This document shows, piece after piece, positions 24,848 to 37,556 of a stretch of DNA of 64,000 nt. Below the pieces are notes generated by a model. The model made no database searches. It saw only the letters and a program-made list of their open reading frames with translations, and had not been told where the DNA came from. Every line of letters starts with the position of its first letter. The stretch's first letter is position 1. The translations under genes were made by a program, and so were the position numbers. This stretch comes from Mustelus asterias. Lineage: Eukaryota. Location of the stretch: NCBI RefSeq assembly GCF_964213995.1, contig NC_135808.1, forward strand, positions 101,370,001-101,434,000, written 5' to 3'.

Positions 24848-25249
24848 TCCCCGCCCCACCACTTGTGCCAAAAATATCACTGACTGACGTAGCTTCATTG
24901 CAGCTTGACAGATTGTGGAATGCCATTACGGGACTCAGTGGAAAGTTGTTGATGTGGGGTGGTGATTGCCATCCATCAGGCAGTTTGCGCAAACAATCAG
25001 GGACTTTGGTGGATGGAGATGAGGCTGGCTGGGGTTATGGGAACAGCTACACAGCAGGGTGATCAAATATCTATCGGAAAGCATCAAAAAGAAAATCCGC
25101 AAGCCCTCAGAGTACCGTCAGAGACAGGTTCTCAGAAATAGGCTGTGTTAAACTCAGCCCATTGAACATAATGGCTACAAATCTGTACACAGGAGGTCGA
25201 ATGTAATTCACTTTGCCCCTGAAATGATATCCTGTGGTAAGAGTGGATG

Positions 25250-25382
25250 GACAACAATTTGGTTGACTCTTAACTGCATTCTGAAATGGCCAAAGCGAGC
25301 CACTGGCTTCAAGGGCAATTAGGGATGGGCACCAAATGCTCAGCAATGTCCACATCTCATCGAATAATAAAGAAGAATAATA
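25250..25382 (+). mobile_element. MetaSINE-like SINE 3' fragment
   Basis: GGTTGACTCTTAACTG..AAGGGCAATTAGGGATGGGC. Confidence 0.65.
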
Positions 25383-26419
25383 AAGCCTTTGCTCGTTTAG
25401 TGGAAGCATTTAGCCCTTCTAATAACGAATGGGGTTCTTGCCTCCACCAGCAGAGCTGAGAGGAATTTCAGATGACTGCATTTAAGTGACACTGTCTTAC
25501 CATCTAATCTCAGAGCCTTTGAATGAATGGATCACTTCTTAACTGAAAGAAAAGAATCCAAGAGACGTTTAACCAATTGTCCAAGATGAAATACAAAGAT
25601 GAGGCCAAGTTCGGCATCTGTCTGCCAGGCTTTAAATACGACAAGGCCCCTTAGGTCAGATAGCCATTAGCAATGGTGAATGCTTGACTTTTTGGAATTC
25701 TAACTAGATTTCAGGGGCTGTCAGTCAGGATTGATTTTTGGGGAAAACTGAACTGTCCGCAGATGTGTGTGCATTCATCCTTCTAACCAGATGGCAAGTG
25801 TAAAATCAGAATAATTGGTGTCTAATTCTCCAATCCCAAACGCTAAGTTGTTTTATTTGTTAAGGGACTCCAGCGTAATATTCATTGTGGGGGTGAGACG
25901 TCCCTCTCCTTCCTTTCTCGATCCACATGTTTTCAGGAATGTGAAGCCGAGCGTTGTTATCGAGGGAGTGATTCATTGGGATCCTCCATCTAATGGGAAC
26001 AGTCTGATGGAGGATTTTGCCGGGAAATGCACTTCGTGCAGTAGCGTCTGAACTATTGCAGCATTGTCCAAAGAAGCAGCCAGGACTCCGGTGACTGGAC
26101 AGTAACATCAGTGACACTGTGCCAGGATCTCTGGCTGCAGGGAGCTTTTATTTTGCCCACCCAGCTGGAGATAAATGTTGAACCTCTCCTGTACTACCCT
26201 CAGTTTTATCAACCACCCTCTCCACCCCCCAGTCAGGCTAAGCACTCCAGCCTCTCATGAATAATCCCATGACCATAAGATCAGGGAACACCTGCTCTTT
26301 GAAACCGACTGACAATTAGAGCAAATGCAGATTCGATTTTCCGCCCACTGTTATCCCTCCATTGCTGTCAGCGCTTTATCATTTCCTCCTCATGTCAACA
26401 GGAGTGATTTCAGGGTAAA

Positions 26420-26522
26420 TAGAATCAGAAAATGCTGGAAAAGTTCAATAGGTCTGGCAGCATCTGTGGAGAGAGAAACGAGAGTTCACCTTTCAAGTCC
26501 AGTACAACTCTTCTTCAGAACT
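26420..26522 (-). mobile_element. Penelope family B pLTR end with hammerhead core
   Basis: Minus strand: aguu CUGAAGA A GAGUU..GACUU GAAA GGUG aacu, then the family B 3' end. Confidence 0.75.
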
Positions 26523-26905
26523 GTGATTTCAGAGACTCAAGCACATCAGATGCTGTAGAAACAGTTCTACAATATACCTGCACCATCAGTTCATTGATGG
26601 AACCATCTTGGAGTTTGATCTGATTATCCCATGAGTATTATCACGGTTTTATTTTGTACCTTTGCTTTTCCAGTGGAAAGAAAAACTTGCATTCATATAT
26701 ACCTTCCATGGATGTCTCAACGTGCTTTACAGCCAATTATGTTCACTGTTGTAATGTAACAGATTTGGCAGCCATTCTATACACAGCAAGCTCCCACAAA
26801 CAGCAATGTGATGATAAGCAGATCATCTCTTTCTGTGGCATTGATTGAGGGCACAATAAGAAGTCTCACAACACCAAGTTAAAGTCCAACAGGTTTATTT
26901 GATAG

Positions 26906-26940
26906 CACGAGCTTTCAGAGCGCTGTCCCTTCATCAGGTG
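26906..26940 (-). ncRNA. Minimal type I hammerhead ribozyme motif (stem II weakened)
   Basis: cac CUGAUGA AGGGACAGCGCUCU GAAA GC UC gug. Confidence 0.65.
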
Positions 26941-27115
26941 AGTGCAGGATTTGGTTCGCAAACAGGGCATATATAGACACAAACTCAATTACAAGATAAT
27001 GGTTGGAATGTGAGTCTTTACAGGTAATCAAGTCTTTACAATACAGACAATACGAGTGGAAGAGAGCGTCAGGTACAGGTTAAAGAGGTGTGAATTGTCT
27101 CAAGCCAGGACAGTT

Positions 27116-29056
27116 GAGGCCCTGGTCAAGAAGAAGAAAGAGGCACTTGACGTGCATAGGCAGCTGGAATCAAGTAAATCCCTTGAAGAGTATAGGGGGT
27201 GTAGGAGTAGAGTTAAGAGAGAAATCAGGAGGGCAAAAAGGGGACACGAAATTGTTTTGGCAGATAAGGCAAAGGAGAATCCAAAGAGCTTCTACAAATA
27301 CATAAAGGGCAAAAGAGTAACAAGGGAGAGAGTAGGGCCTCTTAAGGATCAACAAGGTCATCTGTGTGCGGATCCACAAGAGATGGGTGAGATCCTAAAT
27401 GAATATTTCTCATCAGTATTTACTATTGAGAAAAGCATGGATGTCAGGGAACTTGTGGAAATAAATAGTGATGTCTTGAGGAGTGTACATATTACAGAGA
27501 AGGAGGTGCTGGAAGTCTTAAAGCGCATCAAGGTAGATAAATCTGTGGGACCTGGTGAGGTATATCCCAGGACGTTGTGGGAGGCGCCTGAAGATTGGAG
27601 AGTGGCAAATGTTGTGCCTTTGTTTAAAAAGGGCTGCAGGGAAAAGCCTGGGAACTACAGGCCAGTGAGCCTCACATCTGTGGTGGGTAAATTGTTGGAA
27701 GGTATTTTGAGAGACAGGATCTACATGCATTTAGAGATGCAAGGACTGATTAGGGACAGTCAGCATGGCTTTGTGAGTGGAAAATCATGTCTCACAAATT
27801 TGATTGAGTTTTTTGAAGGGGTAACCAAGAAGGTAGATGAGGGCAGTGCAGTTGATGTTGTCTGCATGGACTTTAGCAAGGCCTTTGACAAGGCACCGCA
27901 TGGTAGGTTGTTGCATAAAGTTAAATCTCACGGGATTCAGGATGAGGTATCTAAATGGATACAAAATTGACTTCTTGACAGAAGCCAGAGGGTGGTTGTA
28001 GAGGGTTGTTTTTCAAACTGGAGGCCTGTGACCAGCGGTGTGCCTCAGGGATCAGTGCTGGGCCCACTGTTATTTGTCATTTATATTAATGATTTGGATG
28101 AGAATATAGGGGCATGGTTAGTAAGTTTGCAGATGACACCAAGATTGGTAGCATAGTGGACAGTGAAGAAAGTTATCTCCAATTGCAATGGGATCTTGAT
28201 CAATTGAGCCAGTGGGCTGACGAATGGCAGATGGAGTTTAATTTAGACAAACGTGAGGTGATGCATTTTGGTAGATTGAACCAGGGCAGGACTTACTCAG
28301 TTAATGGTAGGGCATTGGGGAGAGTTACAGAACAAAGAGATTTAGGGGTACATGTTCATAGCTCCTTGAAAGTGGAGTCACAGGTGGACAGAGTGGTGAA
28401 GAAGGCATTTGGCATGCTTAGTTTCATCGGTCAGAACATTGAATACAGGAGTTGGGACGTCTTGTTGAAGTTGTACAAGACATTGGTAAGGCCACACTTG
28501 GAATACTGTGTGCAATTCTGGTCACTCTATTATAGAAAGGATATTATTAAACTAGAAAGAGTGCAGAAAAGATTTACTAGGATGCTACCAGGACTTGATG
28601 GATTGAGTTATAAGGAGAGGCTGAATGGACTGGGACTTTTTTCTCTGGAACATAGGAGGCTGAGGGGTGACCTTATAGAGGTCTATAAAATAATGAGGGG
28701 TATAAACAAGGTAGATAGTCAATATATTTTCCTAAAGGTAGGAGAGTCTAAAACTAGAGGGCATAGGTTTAAGGTGAGAAGGGAGAGATACAAAAGTGTC
28801 CAGAGGGGCAATGTTTTCACACAGAGGGTGGTGAGTGTCTGGAACAAGCTGCCAGAGGTAGTAGTAGAGGCGGGTGCAATTTTATCTTTTAAAAAGCATT
28901 TAGATAGTTACATGGGTACGATGGGTATAGAGGGATATGGGCCAAATGCGGGCAATTGGGATTAGCTTAGGGGTTTTAAAAAAAAGGGGGGGCATGGACA
29001 ATTTGGGCCGAAGGGCCTGTTTCCATGCTGTAAACCTCTATGACTATGACTCTATG
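27116..29056 (+). mobile_element. CR1 LINE (5'-truncated, internal deletion, premature stop)
   Basis: ORFs 27056-27970 and 28114-28965 with full RT motifs; RTLWEA/PEDWR shows an in-frame deletion; agtt at both junctions. Confidence 0.95.
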
Positions 29057-30192
29057 AGTTAGTGAGATTTTGCAAGCCCAGGCATGTCTTGGGGGTTACA
29101 GATAGTGTGACATGAACCCAAGATCCCGGTTGAGGCCGTCCTCATGTGTGCGGAGCTTGGCTATCAGTTTTTGCTTGGTGATTCTGTGTTGTCGTGTGTC
29201 TTGAAGGTTGCCTTGAAGAATGCTTACCCGAAGATCAGAGGCTAAATGCCCTTGACTGCTGACGTGTTCCCCGAGAGGCAGGGGAACTTCTTATTGTGAC
29301 TACTCCAGTCCAATGCCGGGATCTCCACATCATTAATTGAGGGATAATGATTGGCCAGGGCACCAAGGATAAAACCTCTTGCTTTTCTTTTAAACAGTGC
29401 ACTGGGATCATTTTCATCCACCTTGAAGAACGGATCCCATTCAAAAGACTGTGCAATACTCCCTCGCTACAGCACTTGGAGTTTTATCCTTAATTTGTGT
29501 GCTCAAGTCCTGGAGTGGGCTTTGAACTCAGAATTATCTGACTTACAATTGAGTGTGACTAACTGAGCCACAGCTGACACCATACGTGGAGAGTATTAAA
29601 CATTTGCAGGAAGAATACCAATCTGACAGGCCATATGCTGTGAACACTCTTGTGGCTGTGACCACCTTTATGTCAGTTGACGAGGTGGTTGGTTCTGTAC
29701 TGCGGGAGAGTTTTATTTGCTTCCACAATCTATATGATGATATACCCACACTCACTGGACGTCACTGAATTCAGGGCCACATCCTGAGCCTCCATTTGAG
29801 GGGGTAGTCAAGAGTAGGACTTGTCCCTTGCAGTTTCAGATCCAGAGGCAGGAATGCGACCACTAAACCAAAAGTTGAATCCTGAGAATATCATGAATGA
29901 CCCATTGAGTTGATGCTTGATGGCCTGAATCAGTTTTATATTTAACTACAGGAAATAAAGAGTGGATAAATGCAGTCTTTGTGAATTTAATTATGGATAA
30001 TCAGACATGTCTGGGGAAGCCCTTGTGAGATTTTGTACTGTTTGATTGATCTCCTTTGAGATACTGCTTGATCCCATATGGAAATTCTCTTCCCCACATC
30101 AGTGCCATTACCAAGAGTTTTTTTATTCCAGTTTTGTAATGTTGGCCACCTCCATCCCTATCTCTTCCCATGACTGGTAGAAGCTTTCATCC

Positions 30193-30470
30193 ACACAGTG
30201 GCACAGTGGTTAGCACTGCTGCCTCACAGTGCCAGGGTCCTGGGTTTGATTCCTGCCTTGGGTCACCGTCTGTGTGGAGTTTGCACGTTCTCCCCGTGTC
30301 TGCGTGGGTTTTCTCTGGGTGCTCCGGTTCCCACAGTCTGAAAGACCTGATGGTTAGGTGCATTGACCCAACAGGCGCCGGAGTGTGCTGACTAGGGGAA
30401 TTTTGCAGTAACTTCATTGCAGTGTTAATGTAAACCTTACTTGTGACTAATAAATAAACTTTTACTTTTT
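30193..30470 (+). mobile_element. Alternative-tail V-SINE
   Basis: Head, V-domain, GACTAGGGGAATTTTGCAGTAACTTCATTGCAGTGTTAATG tail. Confidence 0.85.
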
Positions 30471-31159
30471 TCTTACCTTGAGGCTCAACTGTTCTTACCT
30501 CCTACTCCCACCCTGTACTCTCCTACCAGCCTTTGCTGTCCTCTCCCCTTTTACAAAGTACAACTTGCGAGAGGTTCCCATGTCCCCATCAGCTCCGTCA
30601 TTGTTAAACTCCACTTCCTCCCCATACATCAGCAAATCACACAGACTCGCTGTAACCTACCTCACCAATCTCTTCCAGCCCCTCATGCATTCCGCATATC
30701 ATTCTATTCAATCTGCCAATCCCAGCCTCTGGAACTACCTTATGAAATCTTTCCATCAAATCACTTTTCAAAACCTCTCATCAATGACTTTGCTTCTGGG
30801 TCTACTTTTAACTCCTTTTTCTGCTTTTTCCTCTGCCCCTTCTGCTCCATTCCTCCAGTTTTATTTAACGCTGTTTTGTAGCATGCTATCAGATAATTTT
30901 GTGTATGAGGAACTTTTCAGGCTACATTGTTGTGCCAAAGCTGATAGAAAATTCCCTGCTGTTGTGTGAACCTTGATGGAGATTTTTTCAAAGCTGTAAA
31001 GTACAAAGAAAACAGAGTGTCTCAAACTGTGGCAAAGACTGATCAGGTGGTCAAATGTATTCTGCTAGCATTGCAACAAGGAAGTAGGAAGGGATAAATC
31101 AATTGATTAAGTAATGCCCAATTGGTTCCACTGACCATATATTAATACCTATTGTACAT

Positions 31160-31479
31160 ATAGAATAGAATCATAGAATCCCTACAGTGCCATTTGGCCC
31201 ATTTGGTCTACACCGACTCTCTCCAAAGGAGCATCTTACCCAGACCTGTCCCTGTAATCCCACTAATCCCCTAACCTACATATCTTGGGACACTAAGAGA
31301 CAATTTAGCCAGTCCACCCAACCTGCACAACTTTGGCCTGTGGAAAGAAACCGGAGCACCTGGAGGAAATCCATGTATCCATGGGGGGAACGTACAAACT
31401 CCACACAGTCACCCAAGGCCAGAATCGAACCCAGGTCTCTGACGCTGTGAGGCAACAGCGCTAACCACTGTGCCAACAT
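31160..31479 (-). mobile_element. HE1-type V-SINE (diverged)
   Basis: Head, V-domain and tail on minus strand. Confidence 0.85.
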
Positions 31480-31784
31480 GGAAGCAAAAGAGGATTGCTG
31501 AATATTTAATACATGTGCATGTGTACAATAAAGATATGCTATCACATTACCAAACTCTTGATATAATATCTTGTCTATCATCAGAACATAGAACAGTACA
31601 GCACAGGAACAGGCCCTTCGGCCTACAATGTTGTGCCGAACATGATGCCAAATTAAACTAATCCCTTCTGTCTGCCCTTGGTCCAAATCCCTCTATTCCC
31701 AGCATTTTCATGTGTTTATCTAAAAGCCACTCAACCGCCCCCATCGTATCTTCCTCCACCACCACCTCTGGCAGCACATTCCAG

Positions 31785-32248
31785 TAAGAAGTCTCACAAC
31801 ACCAGGTTAAAGTCCAACAGGTTTATTTGGTAGCAAATACCATAAGCTTTCGGAGCAATGCTCCTTCGTCAGATGGAGTGGTCTCTGTTCTCAAACAGGG
31901 CACAGACACAGAAATCAAATTACAGAATACTGATTAGAATGCAAATCTCTACAGCCAGCCAGGTCTTAAATGCACAGACAATGTGGGTGGAGGGAGCATT
32001 CAACACAGGTTAAAGAGATGTGTATTGTCTCCAGACAGTACAGCTTGTGAAATTGTGCAAGTCCAGGAGTCAAGCTGTGGGGGTTACTGATAATGTGACA
32101 TAAATCCAACATCCCGGTTTAGACCGTCCTCATGTGTGCGAAACTTGGCTATCAGTTTCTGCTCAGTGACTCTGCGCTGTCGTGTGTCGTGAAGGCCGCC
32201 TTGGAGAACGCTTACCTGAAGATCCAAGGCTGAATGCCCGTGACTGCA
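31785..32248 (-). mobile_element. Penelope family A 3' fragment (GIY-YIG C-terminus plus pLTR)
   Basis: ORF 32084-32266 VSVLQGGLHDTRQRRVTEQKLIAKFRTHEDGLNRD; TSD gcagcacattccag at 31771-31784 and 32249-32262. Confidence 0.9.
31840..31876 (-). ncRNA. Minimal type I hammerhead ribozyme (intact)
   Basis: ccau CUGACGA A GGAGC auu GCUCC GAAA GC UU augg: stem I 4 bp, stem II 5 bp, palindromic AGCU stem III. Confidence 0.8.
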
Positions 32249-32826
32249 GCAGCACATTCCAGACATCTACCACTCTATGTAAAAAAACTTGCCCCTGACA
32301 TCTCCTTTGAGATGAACTTTCATTAACTTAAACTATTGTGCACTTCACCACAAACACCTGTCAATAGAACTGCTATAGTTGTGAGAGATACATGTACCAC
32401 AATTGTGTAGACAGCTATCAGCAGTGAAGTGTAGGATACATTCCCTGGAGACAGACAGTGAGCAGACAATTTAGAAATCTTGTCTGAATCGTGGGTGAAC
32501 CGTGAGTAACTTGAGACCCCCTGGTACTGCAAAAGAGGTGAATAAAATTTAAGCCCCAAGGGCAGCAGCACCCAGACACAACATCCCATTTCTAAGTTCT
32601 TCTTTAACAGTTTTGTACCGTTTGAATGTTGCTTTATTAAACAAAACGTCTATACTGTTTTGCAGTGCTTCGAATTACACCTTTGTCCAATAAAATGGTC
32701 TATTCAATGCAAACTGATAAATAGGCATTCAGATACAGCAGGTTAAAGTTTCCCATGAAGTAGGGGGATTAACGTTGGGAATCCACTGCTGAGCAACAAC
32801 ACTGTTTTCACCTTGTGGACAGCTAT

Positions 32827-33180
32827 TAGAATCTATAGAATCCCCACAATGCAGAAGGAGGCCATGCGGCCCATCAAGCCTGCAACAACTTTCCGACAGA
32901 GCATATTACCTCGGCCCAAACACTGCCCTATCCCATGTAACATTTACCCCACTAATCCCCCTAATCTACACATCTTGGGAAACCTAAGAGGCAATTTAGC
33001 ATGGCCAATTGAACCAACCTGCACATCTGTGTGGGAGGAAACCGGAGCACCCGCAGGAAACCCAAGTGGACATGGAGAACATGCAGACTCCACACAGACA
33101 GTCACCCAAGGCTGGAATCGGACCCGGGTCCCTGACACTGTGAGGCAACAGTGTTAACTACTGTGCCACAATGCCGCCCT
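32827..33180 (-). mobile_element. HE1-type V-SINE
   Basis: Head, V-domain, tail. Confidence 0.85.
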
Positions 33181-33991
33181 ATTCAGAGTCGTTATCATTT
33201 TCTTCAGCATGAGCTCAAATTAGTTATGTATTATCCCAGTGTGTGTGTATAGATTATCAACAAAAATGCGATTGGAATTTCATCTTTATTTTCTGGAATA
33301 ATCAATATTATTTGATCATTCTTATATATTGTGTTTGTCCTGACAATCAAAGCACCTTCAGAAGATGTCTTGAAGCGAATAGAGTGAATGTTTCACCTTG
33401 TCATCATCAGAAAAGCACACACTGGTAAATGATAAATGATGCACCACTTTGGATTCATTTAGTGTAATTCCACAAAATGACGACAAGCACAAGCTATTAC
33501 ACCGCTGCCTTATGAAGCATTTCGGCCTCACTCTAATCTGGTGCTGCACCAGTTCACTTTATTAACTCACTGACTCATCTACGGGAGACATGCTATAATA
33601 AAGGACATTTACTACAGAACGATAGAATTGTACAACCAGGGTGGGACAGGAATGATGAGCCATTAAACAAATGGAGACATTTCACTGTGAAAACACCAAA
33701 TTGTATTTTTGGCAGCAGATCAATTGAGTTCATTCAGGTTAGCGGCAGAAATTTTCCACACTGCCTTAAACACTTGCTAAATACAGACATTCAAAGTTTA
33801 TGTTGGCTAAATAATGACACACAATGCCGTTTTGAGACCATGATTCAACACTGGATTACATGCATGTCATTATTTAAACTGGGTGATTAATATATGTCAT
33901 TATGAAACTGCCGAGCTTTCCTTTGCTGTTCGCGGAAGAGCACTATCTTTTTCCTGGTGTCTTTATAGCAAATTTGTTGAGACTAAATTTA

Positions 33992-34361
33992 GTGATGGCA
34001 CAGTGGTTAGCGCTACTCTCTCACAGTGCCAAGGATCCAGGCTGGATTTCAGCCTTGGGCCACTGTCTGTGTGGAGTTTGCATGTTCTCCCCATGTCTGT
34101 GTGGGTTTCCTCTACGTGCTCCAGTTTCCTCCCACACTCAAGATGTGCAGATTAGGTGGCTTGGCCATGCTAAACTGCCCCTTAGTGTCCCAAGGTGTGT
34201 AGGTCAGGTGGATTAGCCATGGTAAATCTGCAGGGTTACGGGCTGGGGGGGGGGGGGGGGGGGGGGGGTGGTGGCGTTGGTGGGGAGGAGGTGGTCAGTC
34301 AGTTTTTTGGAGAGGTGCAGACTTGATGGGCTAAATGACTTCCTTCTGTACAGCATGGATT
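33992..34361 (+). mobile_element. HE1-type V-SINE with internal poly-G; terminal repeat displaced to 34686-34705
   Basis: Head and V-domain; tail microsatellite (tctatggt) lies beyond the next SINE. Confidence 0.85.
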
Positions 34362-34367
34362 TTTTTA

Positions 34368-34682
34368 CATAGAACCCTACAGTGCAGAAGGAGGCCATTC
34401 AGCCCATTGAGTCTGCACCAACCACAATCCCACCCAGGTCCTATCCCCATAACCCGATGCATTCACCCCAGCTAGTTCCCCTGATACTAAGTGCAATTTA
34501 GCATGGAAAATCCACCTAACCCACACATCTTTGGACTGTGGGAGGAAACCAGAGCACCCGGAGGAAACCCACGCAGACATGGGGAGAACATGCAAACTCC
34601 ACACAGGCAGTACCCAAGCCGGGAATCGAACCTGGATCCCTGGTGTTGTGAGGCAGCAGTGCTAGCCACTGTGCCACTTTGC
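34368..34682 (-). mobile_element. HE1-type V-SINE
   Basis: Complete copy on minus strand. Confidence 0.9.
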
Positions 34683-34730
34683 CAAATCTATGGTTCTATG
34701 GTTCTTGCATAAGTAAACATGGAAAGCCTT

Positions 34731-34987
34731 TGTAGTGATTGTGGGGTCTGCCTCTTTAAGACAGCACAGCAGAAGAGGGTCACCTGGCTTGAGGGACCAA
34801 TGGAGACCGAGAGCGAGTAATCGCCCCAGAGGGTGGAGTCCTCTCTTGGGCAGAATTATCTAGAATCCATGTAGTAAGCATGTAAGGACTGGAGCAATAC
34901 CTTAATTCTCTTTATCAATAATTACCTTTTGTTCTTAACTCAGCCTGAAGTGTCTTGACATTGCCAAAGGGGTGCCACACTATTACA
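34731..34987. mobile_element. Possible solo LTR
   Basis: TGTAGTG...TATTACA termini; flanks gcctt/gccca match only 3 of 5. Confidence 0.4.
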
Positions 34988-35265
34988 GCCCAAAAAATGA
35001 ATATCTTTCATATGTTAGAGTTGTATGTCTAATTGAAAGAAATCCATAGACTCCCCCTTCCTACCCCCATAATTAATTGAATTAAATGAGTTTTCTTCAC
35101 CCTTCCCTCAATTCCTACTCCCTTACTTTTCTCCAACCCTGACTTCCCTGTTTCTTGCTGAGGTACAGCTCCACTAGTATTGGACAGCCACTACCCTTAT
35201 GTATCAGACTGGTGGGCAGTACGAGCAAGCTGTTCTTTACTGGGAATGACACAGCTGATGCCATC

Positions 35266-35598
35266 CATAGAACAAAATCCCTACAGTGCAGAAGGGAGGC
35301 CATTTGGCCGTTCAGGTCTACACCAACTCCCCGGAAGAGCATCTTACCCAGGCTCACCCTCACCCCCATAACCCCAAACATTTTACCATGGCTAATTCCC
35401 CCTAACCTGCACATCTTTTGGACATTAAGGGGCAATTTAGCATGGCCAGTCCACCTAACTTGCATCTTTTTGGACTGTGGGAGGAAACCGGAGCACCCAT
35501 AGGAAACCCACTGGGAGAAACATGCAAACTCCACAGAGACAGTCACCCAAGGCTGGAATCAAACCCGGGTCCCTAGCGCTGTGAGGCAGCAGTGCCAC
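35266..35598 (-). mobile_element. HE1-type V-SINE
   Basis: Head, V-domain, tail. Confidence 0.85.
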
Positions 35599-36329
35599 GC
35601 CTGTTCTCACAGCAAGCCGATGGCAATTGGGGCCATAGCTGAGCCTTTCTGCCAGGTCAAAGTGCCTGAGGTCAGCTAATTCAGCCCTGGGAACTTGCTG
35701 ACCTGTATACTTCAATATCATTCCAGCTGGTGCGTTTGCTGTTAGGGTGGTCAGTTGTTATTTTTGTTCGATAACAACTAGATAATGGGCCAATTTCTAC
35801 CTGCACAGGGCATGTCAGTGAGGTGTGAAGAAATTAATTTAAATATACTTGAATAAGTAAAGAATATAAATTTCTTCTCATTGTAAATAATGTGCCTGAG
35901 CCCCAACTTTACTGAGGGTAAACACTAACATAGACTCCTTGAGTCAAACGGCTTGTTTCCAAGTTGCAATCTCCACAAACGTTTGGAAGACCTGCACAAA
36001 TGTGAATTTTGCCACTTCTCCGAGCAGCTGCATGTCCTTGTAGTTTATTGAAACTGCCAGGTTCACGGCCATTAGTAAGAAATTATCGGTTTGGATGTTC
36101 ATGTCCATTTCAAGTTGCCCGTTTTATAGGCAACAAGGTTTTGACACCAAATTGAAAGAACGTTCCACAGATGAATAATTTATTTAGTTATTTGTTAATT
36201 TAGTCATTTAGACAGTTACACCATTAAGGGGCATTAAAAAAATGTGAATGTTGATTGTGGAAAAGTTGGAAAGAAAGTAAATGGATTCTACAACTGAACC
36301 TTGAGGCTATTTCAACAATAAACTGTAAT

Positions 36330-37355
36330 ACACAAGAGATTAATGAGCAAAATTAAAGCTCATGGTATTGCAAGAAATGTATTGACGTGGATAGAGAACT
36401 GGTTGGCAGACAGGAAGCAGAGAGTGGGAATAAATGGGTCTTTTTCAAAGTGCAGGCAGTGACTAGTGGGGTACCACAGGGTTCAGTGCTGGGATCCCAG
36501 CTATACACAATATACCTTTATTATTTGGATGAAGGAATTGAATGCAATATCTCCAAATTTGCAGATGACACTAAGCTGGGTGGCATTGTGTGCTGTGGGG
36601 AGGGTGCCAATAGACTTGGACAGGTGACTGAGTGGGAAAATACTTGGGAAATGCAATATAATGTGGATAAATGTGACGTTATCCACTTTGGTGGCGAAAA
36701 ACAGGAAGGAAGATTATTATCTGAATGTGGCAGTTTAGGAAAAGGGGAAGTGCAACATGACCTCGGTGTCACGGTGGAACAGTCGCTGAAAGTTGGTATG
36801 CAGGTACAGCAGGCAGTGAGGAAAGCTAATGGCATGCTTGCCTTCATAGCAAGAGGATTTGAGTATAGGAGTAAGGTTGTCTTGCTGCAGTTAGATAGCT
36901 CCTTGGTGAGGCCACATCTTGAGTATTGTGTGCAGTTTTGATCTCCCAGTCTGAGGAAGGACATTCTTGCCATTGAAGGGGTCCAGCAAAGGTTCACCAG
37001 ACTGATTCCTGGAATGGCAGGACTGACATATGAAGAAAGGCTGGATCGACTGGGCTTGTACTCACTGGAATTTAGAAGAATGAGAGAGGATCTCGGTGAA
37101 ACATATAAAATGCTGATGGGGCTGGACAGGCTAGATGTGGGAAGAATGTTCCTGAAGTTTGGGAAGTCCAGAACTAGGGGTCACAGTTTTAAGAATAAGG
37201 GGTAAGCCATTCAGGACTGAGATGAGGAAGTATTTCTTCACTCAGAGAGTTGTGAACCTGTGGAATTCTCTACCACAGAAAGCTGTTGGGGCCAGTTTGT
37301 TAGATATGTTCAACTGGGAGCTGGATGTGGCCCTTGTAGCTAAGGGGATCAAGGG
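36330..37355 (+). mobile_element. Degenerate CR1 LINE fragment lacking the 3' tail
   Basis: [44 protein letters not shown]. Confidence 0.92.
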
Positions 37356-37556
37356 CAATCACATATTATGCAAGATGAAGGTATTTATTACAGCTGATAC
37401 TTTGACTTACCATAATGGAGTTGATTTAATAGAGTTCAGTGGCGAAACAGTAAAGATGTGGTGTCCAGGTGTATTTATTACTCTCGGGTACAGAATAGCC
37501 GTCAATTTTCTGTGAATTCTGAGCAACCCGAGGCCAACACACTTATTCCAAATATA

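Larger units (their letters stand above)
26852..29330 (-). mobile_element. Penelope family A element (pLTR, GIY-YIG C-terminus, inverted tail), split by CR1
   Basis: pLTR 26852-27115; 29095-29285 encodes ..KQKLIAKLRTHEDGLNRDLGFMSHYL*; inverted tail 29286-29330; TSD catt(g/a)attgaggg at 26839-26851 and 29331-29343. Confidence 0.85.
26680..29580 (-). mobile_element. DeuSINE (SacSINE1-like) split by Penelope and CR1 insertions
   Basis: 26680-26851 and 29331-29580 join into the reverse complement of the 54100-55315 element. Confidence 0.7.
31583..32310 (-). mobile_element. CR1 3' fragment split by Penelope
   Basis: (ttctatg) tail and GGCC hairpin at 31583-31625; resumes at 32249. Confidence 0.8.

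Noticed and set aside
27056-27970. Apparent 304-aa ORF with a novel N-terminus
   Set aside because: The first about 20 codons are antisense Penelope pLTR read by chance into a truncated CR1 ORF2; not a real fusion gene.
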